In this document: one piece after another, positions 1-12,456 of the stretch
How positions within the stretch are numbered: position 1 is the first letter of the stretch
Layout: every line of letters starts with the position of its first letter
Assembly (NCBI GenBank): GCA_043228905.1
Contig: JBHGNT010000012.1
Coordinates: 3,782,001-3,846,000, forward strand
DNA length: 64,000 bases
Direction of reading: 5' to 3'
Origin: Azolla caroliniana
Taxonomy: Eukaryota; Plantae; Polypodiophyta
The notes under the pieces: generated by a model
Told to the model about the DNA's origin: nothing
The model's database searches: none
The model's input: the letters and a program-made list of their open reading frames with translations, nothing else
Position numbers and translations under genes: made by a program

Positions 1-54
1 GATGTTGGTGCCTCCACCATCGAAACCTAAATCTTAATGCATACATATTCGTTT

Positions 55-2410
55 TCATTGATTCATGTGTCTCGACTTTAGTTGATGCACAGGTATTTGA
101 TGCAGACAACCGAACATAAGAAGAATAAAGTATCTCGAAATCAGCTTCGTATCCTTTGGTGCCATTGCTAGAAATAGCTCTTTACCCTTCGGAATCACCA
201 TTGTTGATCCTAAACTTTGAGCTTGTGTTGGTTGATGAATTAAAATATTCTCTGCAGGCGCTTCTGCATAGCATGAGGTGTAACTCGAAACTAGGGATTG
301 AACCTGAAATGAATAGAAAGAGATTCTGCTAAAAATAAATTCAACAAATACAAATTCTTTGCAACTTACCCTCATCAAAGAATGGATTCTAAAATCCTAC
401 ATGTCTAGGTACCCAATTCAATAAAGGTTTTAGGTTGAAAACGATGCTTACCAAAGGATGAAAAGTTGCGACATTCTTGCGAATTACTTCGATAAGCTTC
501 AGCTGCATGGCAATCAACATTTTGCCGCACAGAGATTTTGATATCTCCACCAATTTATTCCTTAAATGAAACTGGTTCTGGTCCAAAGATTGTAAATGCT
601 GATAGAAGAAGGGCGCTATGTATGTTTCATAGATATAGTTTGTACCTTGAGAACAAAGATAGTGTAACAGTTATTAGAATGAAACATCTAACACTTTTTG
701 AGCCCCACAATGATCAAATTTGAGATTAGGCTTGCCAAATAGCGTGACATAATTTGAACTTGAAACTCAGGAAAACACCAGTACCCGTAGCATTGTATTT
801 TGATTATGACTAAACATGTGACTTCCAACAAACTATGGCTAACAAAGCCATGTATTGTGGAACTCGCTTGGATCGGGTTAATGTTCTTTATTAGCATTAA
901 AAATCACTTGATCTCATCTGTACCTCAAAGGGAAATGGTGATTTAGTGCGATGCACCTTGGGAAACCATTACTGTCTCACAAAATTTGCGGACATTTTAA
1001 AAAGAAAATAAGAGAATACTTTGTTTGTGTAAAGAGAATGCTCAAGCACAAAAAATGAATCGTTGTCCTTGTGAGAAATATGATAATCGATTCTAAGTTA
1101 CATTCCTTTTCACTTCCATAAACAGTGAAGAATCCATAACGATGTGTAACTCTTTTAACACAGCCAAACATTTGCCTCATTCATGTTTTAGTATAATGAC
1201 TATAACCTATGTTTGTGTCTGCTCATACCTTTGTATCTGGCAGCCATAGATAAACTATGAGAGCTACTTTACTTCCACTATAGAACGGTGTCGTGAAGAT
1301 TTTCGGCAATAGTGTGAAAATCCCAGAAAACGTACAAAATCGAGTATGAATCACGTAATACAATAATTGTGAAGATAACATTTTTAATATCTAAGTACAA
1401 AATGATGGAGGTTTCGAATGCACTTTATTACACGAGAAATGGACAACTAAATGTCAAGATATGAGGGTATAAAGTTTGTGAAAAGAAAAGAGAAAATTGT
1501 GAGATATCCCACATAGGCACGACAAATACGGCTCTCATCATATATAAGGTGGAGCAAAAGATATTATCTTTGTGTCTATGTGTGGAGCATAGAGAGTTCA
1601 AGGTAACTTGAACTTAGAGTGGAGGTGGCTAGCTACTCGAAAAGGGTTTTGGCCAACCAAAACCGGACCGGCGATGGAGCCGGTGATCCGACGGCATCCG
1701 ACCGCAATCCGGCGTCGGTATCCGGCACCGGTATCCGGCGTCGACATCCGGCGAACCGGCGACTAAATAAAATAAATATATAAAAATATATACATATACA
1801 AGGAGGGCAAGTATGGATTCAAACCTTGCACCTCCAAGTTAGGAGTCAAATGGCTTACCATTAAGCCATGGTATTTAGTTGAAATTATATTTCTATCATT
1901 GTACTTTTACATGTAAATTCTCATCCATGAGTGCTAAAATGAGTGACATGGTTAGCATGCACCACATGTAATACTTAAGCGCCAAATGGCAAACATGCAA
2001 TTTATGTATGTGTTGTACCCTCACATGCATCATATGCATGAGAGCATCTATAAAAGAGGGAAGGGGGAGGAGAAAAAGATGGGTTTTTTTTTATGAAAAT
2101 TAAGAAGAAGAAATTCGTTATCAAATCAATCGTGTAATCTCATCTTCTCTCTTTCCCAATCTATCTTAAGTACTTTCTCGCCAAAGCTTGTATCGACTCT
2201 AAATCCTTTTGGTCCAGAACCCCGGCGGTTCCGCCTCATGATCCGCGCGTAGTGACGGATCTTCACGACAACGGTACCCCGCATAGGTAGCATACAAAGA
2301 TTAATGGATGTCCAAAACTACCTTACTTCCATAGAATTCCGATGGATAAATACCATGATATAAATGTGTCTGCCACTCTCTCAACTCCAGTAAAAACGAC
2401 CATGATCATC
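55..2410 (-). pseudogene. HVA22-like (TB2/DP1 family) gene, 5'-truncated and disrupted
   Basis: Exon 2410-2354 reads (W)MIMVVFTGVERVADTFISW. Exon ~2278-2271 plus 1284-1229 reads VPFYSGSKVALIVYLWLPDTK and is split by a solo LTR. Exon 646-452 reads GTNYIYETYIAPFFYQH. Further exons lie at 396-370 and 303-55. These match the HVA22 consensus W..FERVGD.FISWVP.YSEAKLAF..YLW.P.TKGT.Y.YE. Two acceptor AGs appear mutated (GG near 2279, AA at 647-648), and the first exons were not found. Confidence 0.8.
1289..2270. mobile_element. Solo LTR (Gypsy-type termini) inserted into an HVA22 exon
   Basis: Perfect 12-bp terminal inverted repeat TGTCGTGAAGAT...ATCTTCACGACA and a 4-bp TSD ACGG (1285-1288 / 2271-2274). 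Removing it restores the HVA22 exon. Confidence 0.85.
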
Positions 2411-2557
2411 CTACAAGTAAAAACGGTCATTGTCATATATTTAGAGCGAGTGAGAGGGAGTGACTAGAATCAAATACAAAAAAAACAAATCAAAATAACA
2501 GGCTTCCAAGAGATTTAGGAAAAAGGCAGCACATATAAAACGAAGTCACATCTAAAT

Positions 2558-4489
2558 TGTTGAGATACAAGCTCAAATTGAGAGTTTTTGGTAGCATTGC
2601 GTATGTGCATGTGCCAAAGGAGAAACGGAGGAAGTTGGACGCGAAAGCCGAGAAGTGTATCTTGGTCGGCTATTCGGACGAGCAGAAGGGTTATAAGTGT
2701 TATAACCCTCGCACCAAACAAGCGCGCATGAGCCACGACGTTGTGTTTGACGAGTCCGCGTCCTGGTACTTGCCTTCGACTTCGGACCTCACCTCCAAGC
2801 CAAGTTCTGATGATGAGGTCAGCAAGGCCGAGATGCCTCTAGATGAGCCTGAAATAGGGACCCGCGAAGAGAGTCCGATTTCATTTCGGTTAAGCGGACT
2901 GAATGGACAACTGGGTCAGTTCGACCAGTCCGATGAAGAGCCGGCGAGTAGTGGAGACTCGGCTGTGCATTCCGCGTGCAGGAAGCCGAGGAGATGGCTT
3001 ACGTGCAAGGAAAAAGGGAAGAAGAAGGTGTCAGATTACGACACGGATAGGAACGAGTCGGATCGACGCGAGTCCGACTCCGAGGGAAGTGATGACGGGT
3101 CTTTGAGAGCGAAGTCCGCGTCGGCCAAGAAAGCCTCAACATCGGCTAATGAGCAATTACGCCAATCTACCGAACCGAACCGAACCGAAAGCACTTGGCA
3201 GTTGCGTTGTCAAGCACCGAAGCCGAGTATAGAGGAGCGGCTGTCGCGACATGCGAAGCCATATGGTTGAAGCGGCTACTTAAGGATCTGCAGATGGATG
3301 TATCCGATCCAACGACAATCTAGTGTGACAACCTCAGCAGTATCCAGCTAGCAAAGAACCCCGTCTTCCACGCCCGGACTAAGCACATTGAGGTGCACTA
3401 CCATTTCGTTCATGAGCGTGTCCTTTCTGGTGAAGTCGAACTTCAGTATGTTCCCACGGATTGGCAAACCGCCGACATCTTCACCAAGCCTCTTGGTCTG
3501 GACAAGTTGCGGCAACTCTCGGGTGCGCTTGGGTTGCGTCACCTCGACGTGCCGAACTTGAGGGGGAGAGACGTCCTGAATGACCACAGAAGGGAGCGGG
3601 AAAGGAGCAGAAAAGACCGTGACACCGAGTCGGATGACGAATTCGACTTCGGATTGGCTGAAGAAGCCGAGGGCAGATCCGCGGAAGAGTCCGAAAGCGG
3701 ACATAAGGGGAGAAGCCAACCAAGTATGGGCGAGATGAAACCATCAAGGGTGAGAAGACTGAAGATGAGTTGGAGACAACCAACTCGATCGAGAGTGGAA
3801 ACCGATCGGAGGAAGCTGAGTCGGTTTAGATGTTTGATTCAGATACACTTAATCAACCGAGGGCCAAGCGGAAAAGAAGGCAGCAGGAGAAGCGCCAACA
3901 CCGCGATAGTAAGGGAGCTGTGAAGGGCCGTGGGAGCAGACAAGCCGACTGGAAGCGTCGAAGCGCGCGTAGTCGAACAGGCCGAGGAGCGTGAGCGAGG
4001 CGTGGAGCCAGGAGGAACCAGAGTGGTGATCAGGAAGATCTAGAAGAGCCTCAAGTTGAGCTTGAGGGGGAGTGTTGAGAAACAAGCTCAACATCGGCCG
4101 GATCGGTTGGGACCGATCGGTTAGGCCGGACCGGTGCATAAAACGGATACGCAAACCGGTGCGTAACAATCTGAGGCCGTATCGGTGCGTAAACCGAAAG
4201 GCCGTTAGAGAGATATTCCTCGTAAGGAATAGTTTTGGGAGTAAGAGTCGAGGCTCATTTATGAGTAGTCAAGTACTGTCAGTACTTGTGTCAGCCCGAT
4301 TGTCAGGGCTTGTATAAAAGGTGCTCACTGAACACGGTGTATGTACACAGAGAGTTAGTATTTTTGAATTGATCGTTTGTCTATTCTCTCTCAGTCTCTC
4401 CCGCATACTGTGCATACTCAAGCTCTCCATTAAACCTGGTATTTTATGTGTGTTTGGTTTTCTATTGCTTCCGCACATAATCTTTTACA
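2558..4489 (+). mobile_element. Internally deleted Ty1/Copia LTR retrotransposon
   Basis: Integrase C-terminal segment (LRVFGSIAYVHVPKEKRRKLD..GYKCYNP) is joined to RNase H (CDNLSSIQLAKNPVFHARTKHIEVHYHFV..QTADIFTKPL), with RT missing. PPT GAGGGGGAG precedes an LTR starting TGTTGAGA at 4073. The left end at 2558 repeats the first ~20 nt of that LTR. Confidence 0.85.
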
Positions 4490-4499
4490 AACACAAACT

Positions 4500-7253
4500 T
4501 GTAAAGAAGATTGAGGATATGGTGACGTTGGGAGACCATGATGCCGTCGGGAGTTCGAATTACTTCTATTCCTAGAAAGTAATGTAGCTCCTTCATGTCT
4601 TTCATTCGAATTGACTAGAGAGTAGCTTCTTGGTATGTCCAATATCCCCGATGTGCCCTCCTCGAATGACCAAGTCCTCCACATAAATTATGATGAATAG
4701 TTGTCCTTTGGAGTCTATCCAGATGAACAGAGAATTGTCAGACTTGGACATTATGAAGCCGATTTGGTGAAGATATTGGGTTATCTTCGAATGTCATGCT
4801 CTCTGTGCCTGCTTGAGACTGTAGAGAGGCTTCCTGAGTCGGCAAACAATAGTCAGATGCATACTCGACTTGAATCCAGGTGATTGTACCATGTACACCT
4901 CCTCTTCTAACTCGCCTTGGAGAAAGGTGTTCTTCACGTCCATTTGGTGGAGGTGCCACCCTTTTGACTGCTGTAAGCGTGATCATGGTTCAGATGGTTG
5001 TCATCTTTGCCACCGGGGCAACAGTCTCTTCTTAATCGACCTAGTGTGTCTCTGCATACCCTTTTGCCATAAGCCAGGCCTTATACCGATTGACGGTGTC
5101 GTCAGCATTGTGCTTCACCTTGAATATCCATCGGCATCCAATTGCCTTTTGATGGTGTCTCCTTTTGGAGAGTGCTTGCATCTCCTCATTCATCGCTTCG
5201 ACCCATCGCGGGTCGCGAGTCATTCGTGACTTTGGAAAATATTTCCGGCTCTCGGATTGTTGCCACCATCATGAATGGATAATGATATGCCATGTAGTCA
5301 TTGTAACCAAATCGGCTGACTACGTTCTTTTCTCGAGTAGCCGACGTGGTTGTTCACTTGTCTTCGTGAACGCTATCTCGGCTCCTGGTGTCCTCATGAT
5401 AGGAACATCTGGTTCGTTTCCATCTGAGTCTTCATACTCATGCATTTTGGCCTTTCCTTTGTCCTGTTTCAAACTCGGTCATGATGTGCTTTGGTCGCTT
5501 GGTGGCTCATGTGGTCCACTCAATCTGATTGAGATTGGATTTCCCTCTGATGTGAGCCTTAATCAATCCTCCTCCTCCGAGTCAATTATATCGAAATATG
5601 TTTCGATTGGATTGGATGGAGTTGAGTCGACTATGTCAAGATGTCGACTCGTCGAATATCACATCCCTAATCGCCCGTTGTCGTGGTTATCCGCGTGTAT
5701 GTGTCGAAAACGAGGCAGGACCACCGGGGTCTCGGACCAAGGAGCCAATGAGGGAAGGGGGATTATCCGGAACGGTTTTCCGGATAACTTTGTCGGAGTG
5801 CGATCCGAAGTCTATGAAGAGAAGACGTATTTGATCCGGTGCCGAACCAGTCTTCGGATGTTGGGTGATGAGCGCATCCTGGGCACGTGTTCTCGGTCCC
5901 GGAGTTGCGCCAGATAGCAAACAATGAGCTCACGGGCTCACACACTCGGGTACGCACACACAAGTGAGAGGGAATGGAGATAAGAACACGGGCAAAGACA
6001 AGGAAGACAGAGAATCTGGAAAACAACAAAATGGTCTATTAATCTATATTAAGAGAATTACAACCAGACTCGACCGGCAACAGAGCTTTGAGCTCCACAC
6101 ACTCACACACTAGTGAGCCTCCGATCAGGAGCACGCGGGTTACCAACGCGAAACGGAGGCCTCACAACACAACGATAGAAAATAGAGAATAGGGAAAAAC
6201 CAAAATTTGCAGAGCTCGGCCCTGCAACACTTCATTCTCCCAATCGTCGATCACTCACTCAGTCTTCTCTCCCTCCTTTTATAGCCCAAGGAGAGAGAGA
6301 CTGTTACATCAAGTTGTTATCATAACCACTTTTCCATCCTCGATTTCCTCCTAACTATCACCTTTATTCTCATCTATACGTGTGGGACATTAAAGTACCC
6401 ATTTACTACTCTACCTAGTACTTTAAATACTCTATTCATATTTACATTTCTTTGTACATAGGTCTTTGTTTATGTGCACACTTGCACATCCTCATTCATG
6501 CACATTCAGCGAGGTTTCACCTTGTGACTAGAATTTCCCATGACACCATACCTTCTTGTTAGAGGGGTTGAAGCACTTATACCCCATTTGTTCGAATGAG
6601 TACCCCACGAGGATACATTTCTTTGACTTAGGATTGAGCTTTTGTCACTTCTAGTTGGGAACGTGTACAAATGTGATAGAGCCGAATATCCTTACGTGGG
6701 ATAAATACGGCTCCTTTCCATATAACTTCTCGTGGGGGGTGACATCGTGCACTCCGGATGTTGTGCACCGATTCATTAGATAGACGGCCGTGTTCGCCGT
6801 TTCAGCCCAATATGATTTCGGCCTATGTTTCTCATGCATCATTGCCCTTGCCACCTCAAGAATATGTCGGTTCTTTCGTTCGGCTACTCCATTTTGTTGA
6901 GGTGTGTGTCGGTAGGTGAACTCTCACTGAATTCCTTCTTGTTGAAGGTATGTTGTGGCATCGGAGAAATACTCCTTGCTGCCATCCGATCGAAGGCATC
7001 GGACATGCCGATCGGTTGCCTTTTCGACTTCTTTTTTGAATTTTTGGAAGTGCAAGAACCCTTCACTCTTCAGTCTCATTGGGAATATCCAAGTGTGTAT
7101 GGAGAAGTCGTCGATGAACATCACATAGTACTGGCCACAACTGAATGTTGTCAGTTTGGGTTGGTCCCCATACATCTGAATGTATTACATCTAGGATCCC
7201 ATTGCTCATGTTCCTCTCTTTTGGGAACGGTGTTGCAGATATCCGTGTGTATG
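4500..7253 (-). mobile_element. Degenerate Ty1/Copia pol fragment (integrase to RT)
   Basis: Integrase motifs YYVMFIDDFS, LRSDG and TPQQNGVAERKNR (6550-7250); RT motifs KAIGCRWIFKVK and [10 protein letters not shown] (4640-5230). Stops and frameshifts present. Confidence 0.85.
5634..6545 (-). mobile_element. Solo LTR nested in the Copia integrase
   Basis: TGTCA...TGACA termini interrupt Copia coding sequence, with a minus-strand TATAAAA near 6280. No clean TSD, and adjacent Copia sequence (SRDVVFDE) is missing. Confidence 0.7.
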
Positions 7254-7811
7254 TGTCAGATCAGGCGGGACCACGAGGGTTTTGGACCAACGAGTCAAAA
7301 AGATCGAGTTGCTTATAGTGAATAACTGGCTCGGTTGTTGGAGATGCACGTAGAGCATGCGGGCTCTATCCCGTATATCTAATCCGGATCCGTTGCCGGA
7401 TTCCGGAAGATGAGCACACGAGCTCGGAGACTGAGACAAATGCATGGGGTAGATGGAGACAGAAGTGAGAACGTGGACTCAACACAAAGAGAAGAATTAG
7501 ATCCAACAAAATCGAAATGGATTAATCAGTAGAGAAATACAATTGGACTCGGTCGACATAAAATCTTCGAGCTCTACACACGCACACACACCGGAACGGA
7601 TGAGCCTCTAGTCGGGATCACACGAGCTTCCTGCGCGAGCAGAGGTCTCACCTTCCCTCCCCAAATGCCCAAAATAGAAGACTTGAAACTCCCCTTTCAA
7701 ACAGACAACACTTCTCCCCTCTAAAAAAAAAACAAAACAGATCCCCAATGTTGTTTCAAACCTCCCTTGTTATAGTATCCAAGGGGGATGGGGGGCTCCA
7801 TCACGCATAAA
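7254..7811 (-). mobile_element. Partial LTR related to the 5634-6545 LTR
   Basis: Starts TGTCAG and shares blocks (gactcg..gagctc.acacac.cacacac, gagcctc) with 6067-6140. Confidence 0.55.
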
Positions 7812-8169
7812 TGTTAGAAAACAGGTCCCTTTGGATGGGAAGTGAGAAGAACAGTGTCGATGGGCAACTATCGGCCTCGGCCGAAACCAGATGTGGAGTA
7901 CCCGGCAACGGAAGACCCAGTGAGAACCGGATGACAAGTACCCGGTGAGAACCGGATGACGAGTGCCCGACAAGAGCCGGATGATGCAGGCCCGGTGAGG
8001 AGTGCTCACCGGATGAAGGGACATATTCGTAAATATGTTTCTGAGAGTCCATCGGGGCTATATTTGTAAATAGCCGAAAAGTCATTTTAGTATAAATATG
8101 ACTTAGGGCAAACTTAGTGAAATAGTAGTTGTCATTCTTGTTGGTGCAAGATAAGAGCACGTAACAGTG

Positions 8170-8211
<42 letters not shown>

Positions 8212-8468
8212 GAGGTCGTTGCCTCTGTTGTAACCGCCGCCTGTGGCGAAGATAGCAAGCTTGAGGTCGTTGCCTCGGTGCTTTACTATCGTACATTTTG
8301 ATATAGTGATAGTTTGCAGTCTGTGGGCTGCCGTGGTTTTTCCCTAGTTTGGGTTTTCCACGTTAACATCCTGTGTACTCTTCTCTTCACTGTGTCGTGC
8401 GTTCATTATCCGTTTTCTGTGTTTGATTTTTAGACTTTGTTACCCCGTACGAGATGTACGGAGAGTCA
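7812..8468 (+). mobile_element. Solo LTR, family shared with 17698-18360 and 55505-56086
   Basis: TGTTAGAAAACAGGTCCC...GAGAGTCA; clear reverse-complement similarity to the other two copies, with an internal (GA)n. TSD not conserved. Confidence 0.75.
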
Positions 8469-8469
8469 G

Positions 8470-8727
8470 TGTGATGAGCGAGGGTCGAATGTTATCATGA
8501 TGTTGTTGTGTATGTGTAGGGGACATAAATGTAATTGTGAGTCTATACGTATGTGAACACATGCACACGTGTGTGCATGTGGATGGATATGAGGAGGTGT
8601 GAGTGACTGTCCAATATGAATGCTCTAGGGGGCTTACACCCCTTTGTATCTAACCCCTCTTGTACTATTTAACCCCCTTATGGGGAATGAATGAAACATG
8701 AATGAACATTTCTCTCTATCTCTCTTT

Positions 8728-8794
<67 letters not shown>

Positions 8795-9880
8795 CCTCAA
8801 CGTTGAACCCCCTTGGGAGGGGGGTGGAGCCATTCTAGGCACCACCCCCCACCCCGCAATGCTTCTCAATGCACATCATGCTATCACCCACAATGATTCT
8901 TATCGCCATCACCATTTTCATCTTCATCACTATCAATGTCATAATCAATCTCTCAATGCTTATCACCAATCATCATAAATGTTAACCCTAAAATTGACAA
9001 CACCAATCCCATACTCTCCTTCATCATCATAACCACCATGTCTATCTTTATCATGATTTATCATCGTCCTTAACCCTAACCCTAAAACGTACAACACCTT
9101 TTGGCGACCACAACGGCGAACCCCCTTTGATGAAGAAGTCCAAGAAGAGAACGTGGTAGCATGATGTGCGAGAAATGACAGAAACATGCAAATGATGGCG
9201 ACGATGTTCAATGTATGTGCAAGCGAAGAAATGGAAATGATGACGTTTGTGTACGAGTGCAAGAAATGATGATGCGATGGAGGAATGCATGAATGGCAAC
9301 AATGGTTGTGAGAGGTTGGGATTAGTGTCAATGTGCGGGTTTCCGATGCGGTTAGCGACAATGTGCGTGTTTTTGAAAGCGTGGTGCAAGATGCACGGCT
9401 GTACAAACAGTGATGCAGTGGGAACCGGTGCCAGCACGACCGGAAAGAGAAGCCCACCATGAGACTGCGGAGAAAGTCGAAGTGTGTGGAGCGGAGATCG
9501 GCAGGATGTGCTGAGAATGCATGAGAGGTGGTTCTAAAAGAAGCAACACACAGAGAGTTGGAACCGGAGTCGGAACCGGAATCGGAACCAGAACCGTAGC
9601 CGGTTAACACCGAAGGGCCGAAGAAGACGGAGGAGATGCAGATGCAAACCAGACATCAACCAATAGCGTTGGAAAGATACGGACGGATGCACTAGACAAA
9701 GGCGACCAAAAAGACACAAGACACAATAGGATGGGTCAAATGGGCCGAACAGGCGACCACACAGACGGACAGACCAAACACACTATTGAAAGACAGTGGG
9801 ACGACGGCCGGACAGAGCCGAAGAGTGACAGAGACGATATCCAAAATGCACAGCCACGACAATGGCAACAGCCAAACGAT
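8470..9880 (+). mobile_element. LTR (~8470-9096) with PBS and degenerate low-complexity internal region
   Basis: TG...ACAACA followed by PBS-like TGGCGACCACA at 9102, complementary to the plant tRNA-Arg 3' end. No recognisable pol. Confidence 0.5.
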
Positions 9881-12438
9881 CCGAATCGTAATCCCACGGC
9901 CGAGATTGTGAACATGTGGCCTCCTAGAGTAAAGTCGAGGTAGCAGATTACTCCGATGGGGCGAACCGATCTTGTATCGGCCATCCGAAGCCAAAAAGGG
10001 CAAGGCTCCCATTGGTTTATGCCGAGCGTGTGACATGTGACCTCGCTAATGACGTTCACACCGGAGCCGCCATCGATTATGCACCCATGAAGGTCGCGTC
10101 GTTTAATCATGATTTTCACGGCTGGATTCTGGGAATCCATGAGGGGTGGTCCCATCCTTGGCTCCGTCAGGTTAACAGGGGTTAGCCATAAGCTTAGTCG
10201 ATTTGTCGTTAGCCATAAGCTTAGCCAAGGTATCTTGAAAGCGCGACATTAGTGGTAATAGCTTATGTAATGGTAGCGAGATATTAGCGGTTGTAAGGGC
10301 TTCCCATAGATGGTCATCTTCTGCCGTGGTGGATGGGCTTGCGGCCGGTGGTGCGTCGATGGTCACGTCCTTCATCTCTGTGTGCATCCATGCCACGTTG
10401 ATTTTGTTGGCCATATCAATCTATTGTTTGGTTTCTTGCCGTACTTCATCCTGTACTTGCCATGGAGTGGCCTGGGCTTTCTTGCGTGTTGTGACGTTTT
10501 GCACGTAGGCCATAATACTATTCACGACAGGAGCCTTTCCGCCGTTTGTTGTTGGGCCTTGCGTAGCGTAGTGACCGGGTTGGTTGCACTTGAAGCAGAT
10601 AACGGCGGCCGAGTTGCTGGTGCCAACCCGATCTGTGTCTAGGGGGGGTGCGACTGATTCCTGGCCTCGTGTGTGGGTGGGTTGGTCCGAGGCGCATTTG
10701 AGCTGCGCGGTTCATATTGATGGGGGTCCCGACAACGGTTGTCGTTATTCCTTATGTTGTTGCGCTATCCTCGGTGAGAGTTGCGTCGATCATACAGGAA
10801 TTTCTCTGATCATATCAGTCATCCCGATCATCGTCATACTGATCAAAAACGTCCTTTGCCTGGTACTGGTCATCGTGATAGCGATCACGGCGGTTCTCCG
10901 ATCTCCGTCGGTTGTCATTTCGGTATCGGTCGTTGTCTCGACGGTAACCGTCATCATGGCAACGCCTATCTGGCGATCGGGGTCGTTGGTTATCTTGGTT
11001 CTAGTAGGATTGTCCCTCGTCATGACGAGAGTATGTCTCCCTAGACTCGATCAGGCGAGCTGGGGCCGTCGTTGTGCGGTTGAGCAAGTTGTATTCACAT
11101 TGCTCGACAATGTGATAACGGGAATGGTAGATCTGACAATGTGACTAGTGAGGACATTCGAGGGCCAGATGGCTCGATCCTGAGCAAACTGTGCATTGGA
11201 GGGCTTGGCAGAAGCGATTGTCCTCCTAGGGAAGGGCGCTATGTAGTGAACTCATAGAGAAAGTCGTGCTTTGCTGTGTCCGATCGAGGGCGAGGACGCG
11301 TGGTATGACTTGCTCGATTGTTTGGTTGGCAAAATTCATAAGTGCGAGAGTTGTCCGTAAAGGCTCCCGTAAGCTGGACAGGAATGTGTCCGGGATGTGT
11401 TGTGCAGAGACATCGTCGGCCACTTGTTTGTAAAGATCCCGGAACCGGATCGTGAACTGTGTGACCATCTCGTGTGGTTCTTGTCTCATGGAAAAGAACT
11501 GTCGAAGCAGTTCTCGTTTGGGCACCTCGCGATGGAACTGTGCTAGGAACTGTGTGCGAACGTCTTGGAAGGTGACAAACTCCCCTACGTCGAGGCGAGA
11601 ATACTATCGCGCAACTGGGCTAGCGTAAACTCGGCTATTTTTGAGGCCTCGATTTCGGCAAACGAGAGTCACTACGTTGAGTGGTTGGCCTGCCAAGTGG
11701 ACACGAAGGCACGGATGTGCGACTCCGCGTCGGGGTCGTCGGTGTATCGTGGGTAAGGATACGTTGTCGTGAAGAAAACCGCCCCTAGGTGGAAACCGAG
11801 TTTAGCGCGTGTAAACCGGCCCTTACACGTGAGCATACTTTTCGTTGTATAGTGAGTAGGTAGGTACAAGTCGGCTGAGGTAAAATCCTAGGTAGCACGC
11901 ATTCAATAGGGAGAGAATCGAGGTGTATCTCTATCCAAAAGGACAAAGAATTAATATGATGTAACGAATGATAACAGCCTCCCTCCTTGGGCTATAAAAG
12001 AGAGGGAGAGGAATGAAAAAGGGATCATTTTCTGGGTCAAGGACGAAGTGCTGTCGGACTGGGATTGAGCTCTTCTCCTCCTCTCTCTGTATATGCTTTG
12101 TGCAAGTTTTCGGGAGGCTGACTCTGCTCCGTGGAACGCCCGTGTGCTTCCGGCAGAGTCTCCATCTCGCTCTTCTGTCTGTGGGTGAACATGCGTCGGT
12201 GTTTGCCTTGCCGGCCTATTGGTTGTAACCGTCTTGATATATCTTTATATATTTATATACATACGCGTTCATATACTCGGACTTCTAGTCGTGTCGTTTT
12301 GTTGTGTTGTCGGACTGTGATTCCTGTGTGTGCACAACTGCGTTCGCTGCCTTTCCGATCTCCTCCTCAGCTATTCCTCGGTCCAAGACCCCCGTGGTCC
12401 CGCCCTTCTACACGAACGGCGTAATAGTGCGACATATT

Positions 12439-12456
12439 TGGTGAACCCGACGTGAA
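12439..12456 (+). promoter_or_regulatory. Primer-binding site complementary to tRNA-Trp
   Basis: TGGTGAACCCGACGTGAA is the reverse complement of the plant tRNA-Trp 3' end TTCACGTCGGGTTCACCA, 4 nt after the 5' LTR. Confidence 0.8.

Noticed and set aside
688-1180. Small minus-strand ORFs as extra exons
   Set aside because: They lie inside the HVA22 intron between two exons that are contiguous in the family consensus (..PDTK|GTNY..).
9070-9086. TAACCCTAACCCTAAA as interstitial telomere
   Set aside because: Only about two units, within an LTR end.
8963-9610. 215-aa ORF as an envelope-like or host gene
   Set aside because: Low-complexity sequence antisense to an LTR/PBS region, with no recognisable motif.
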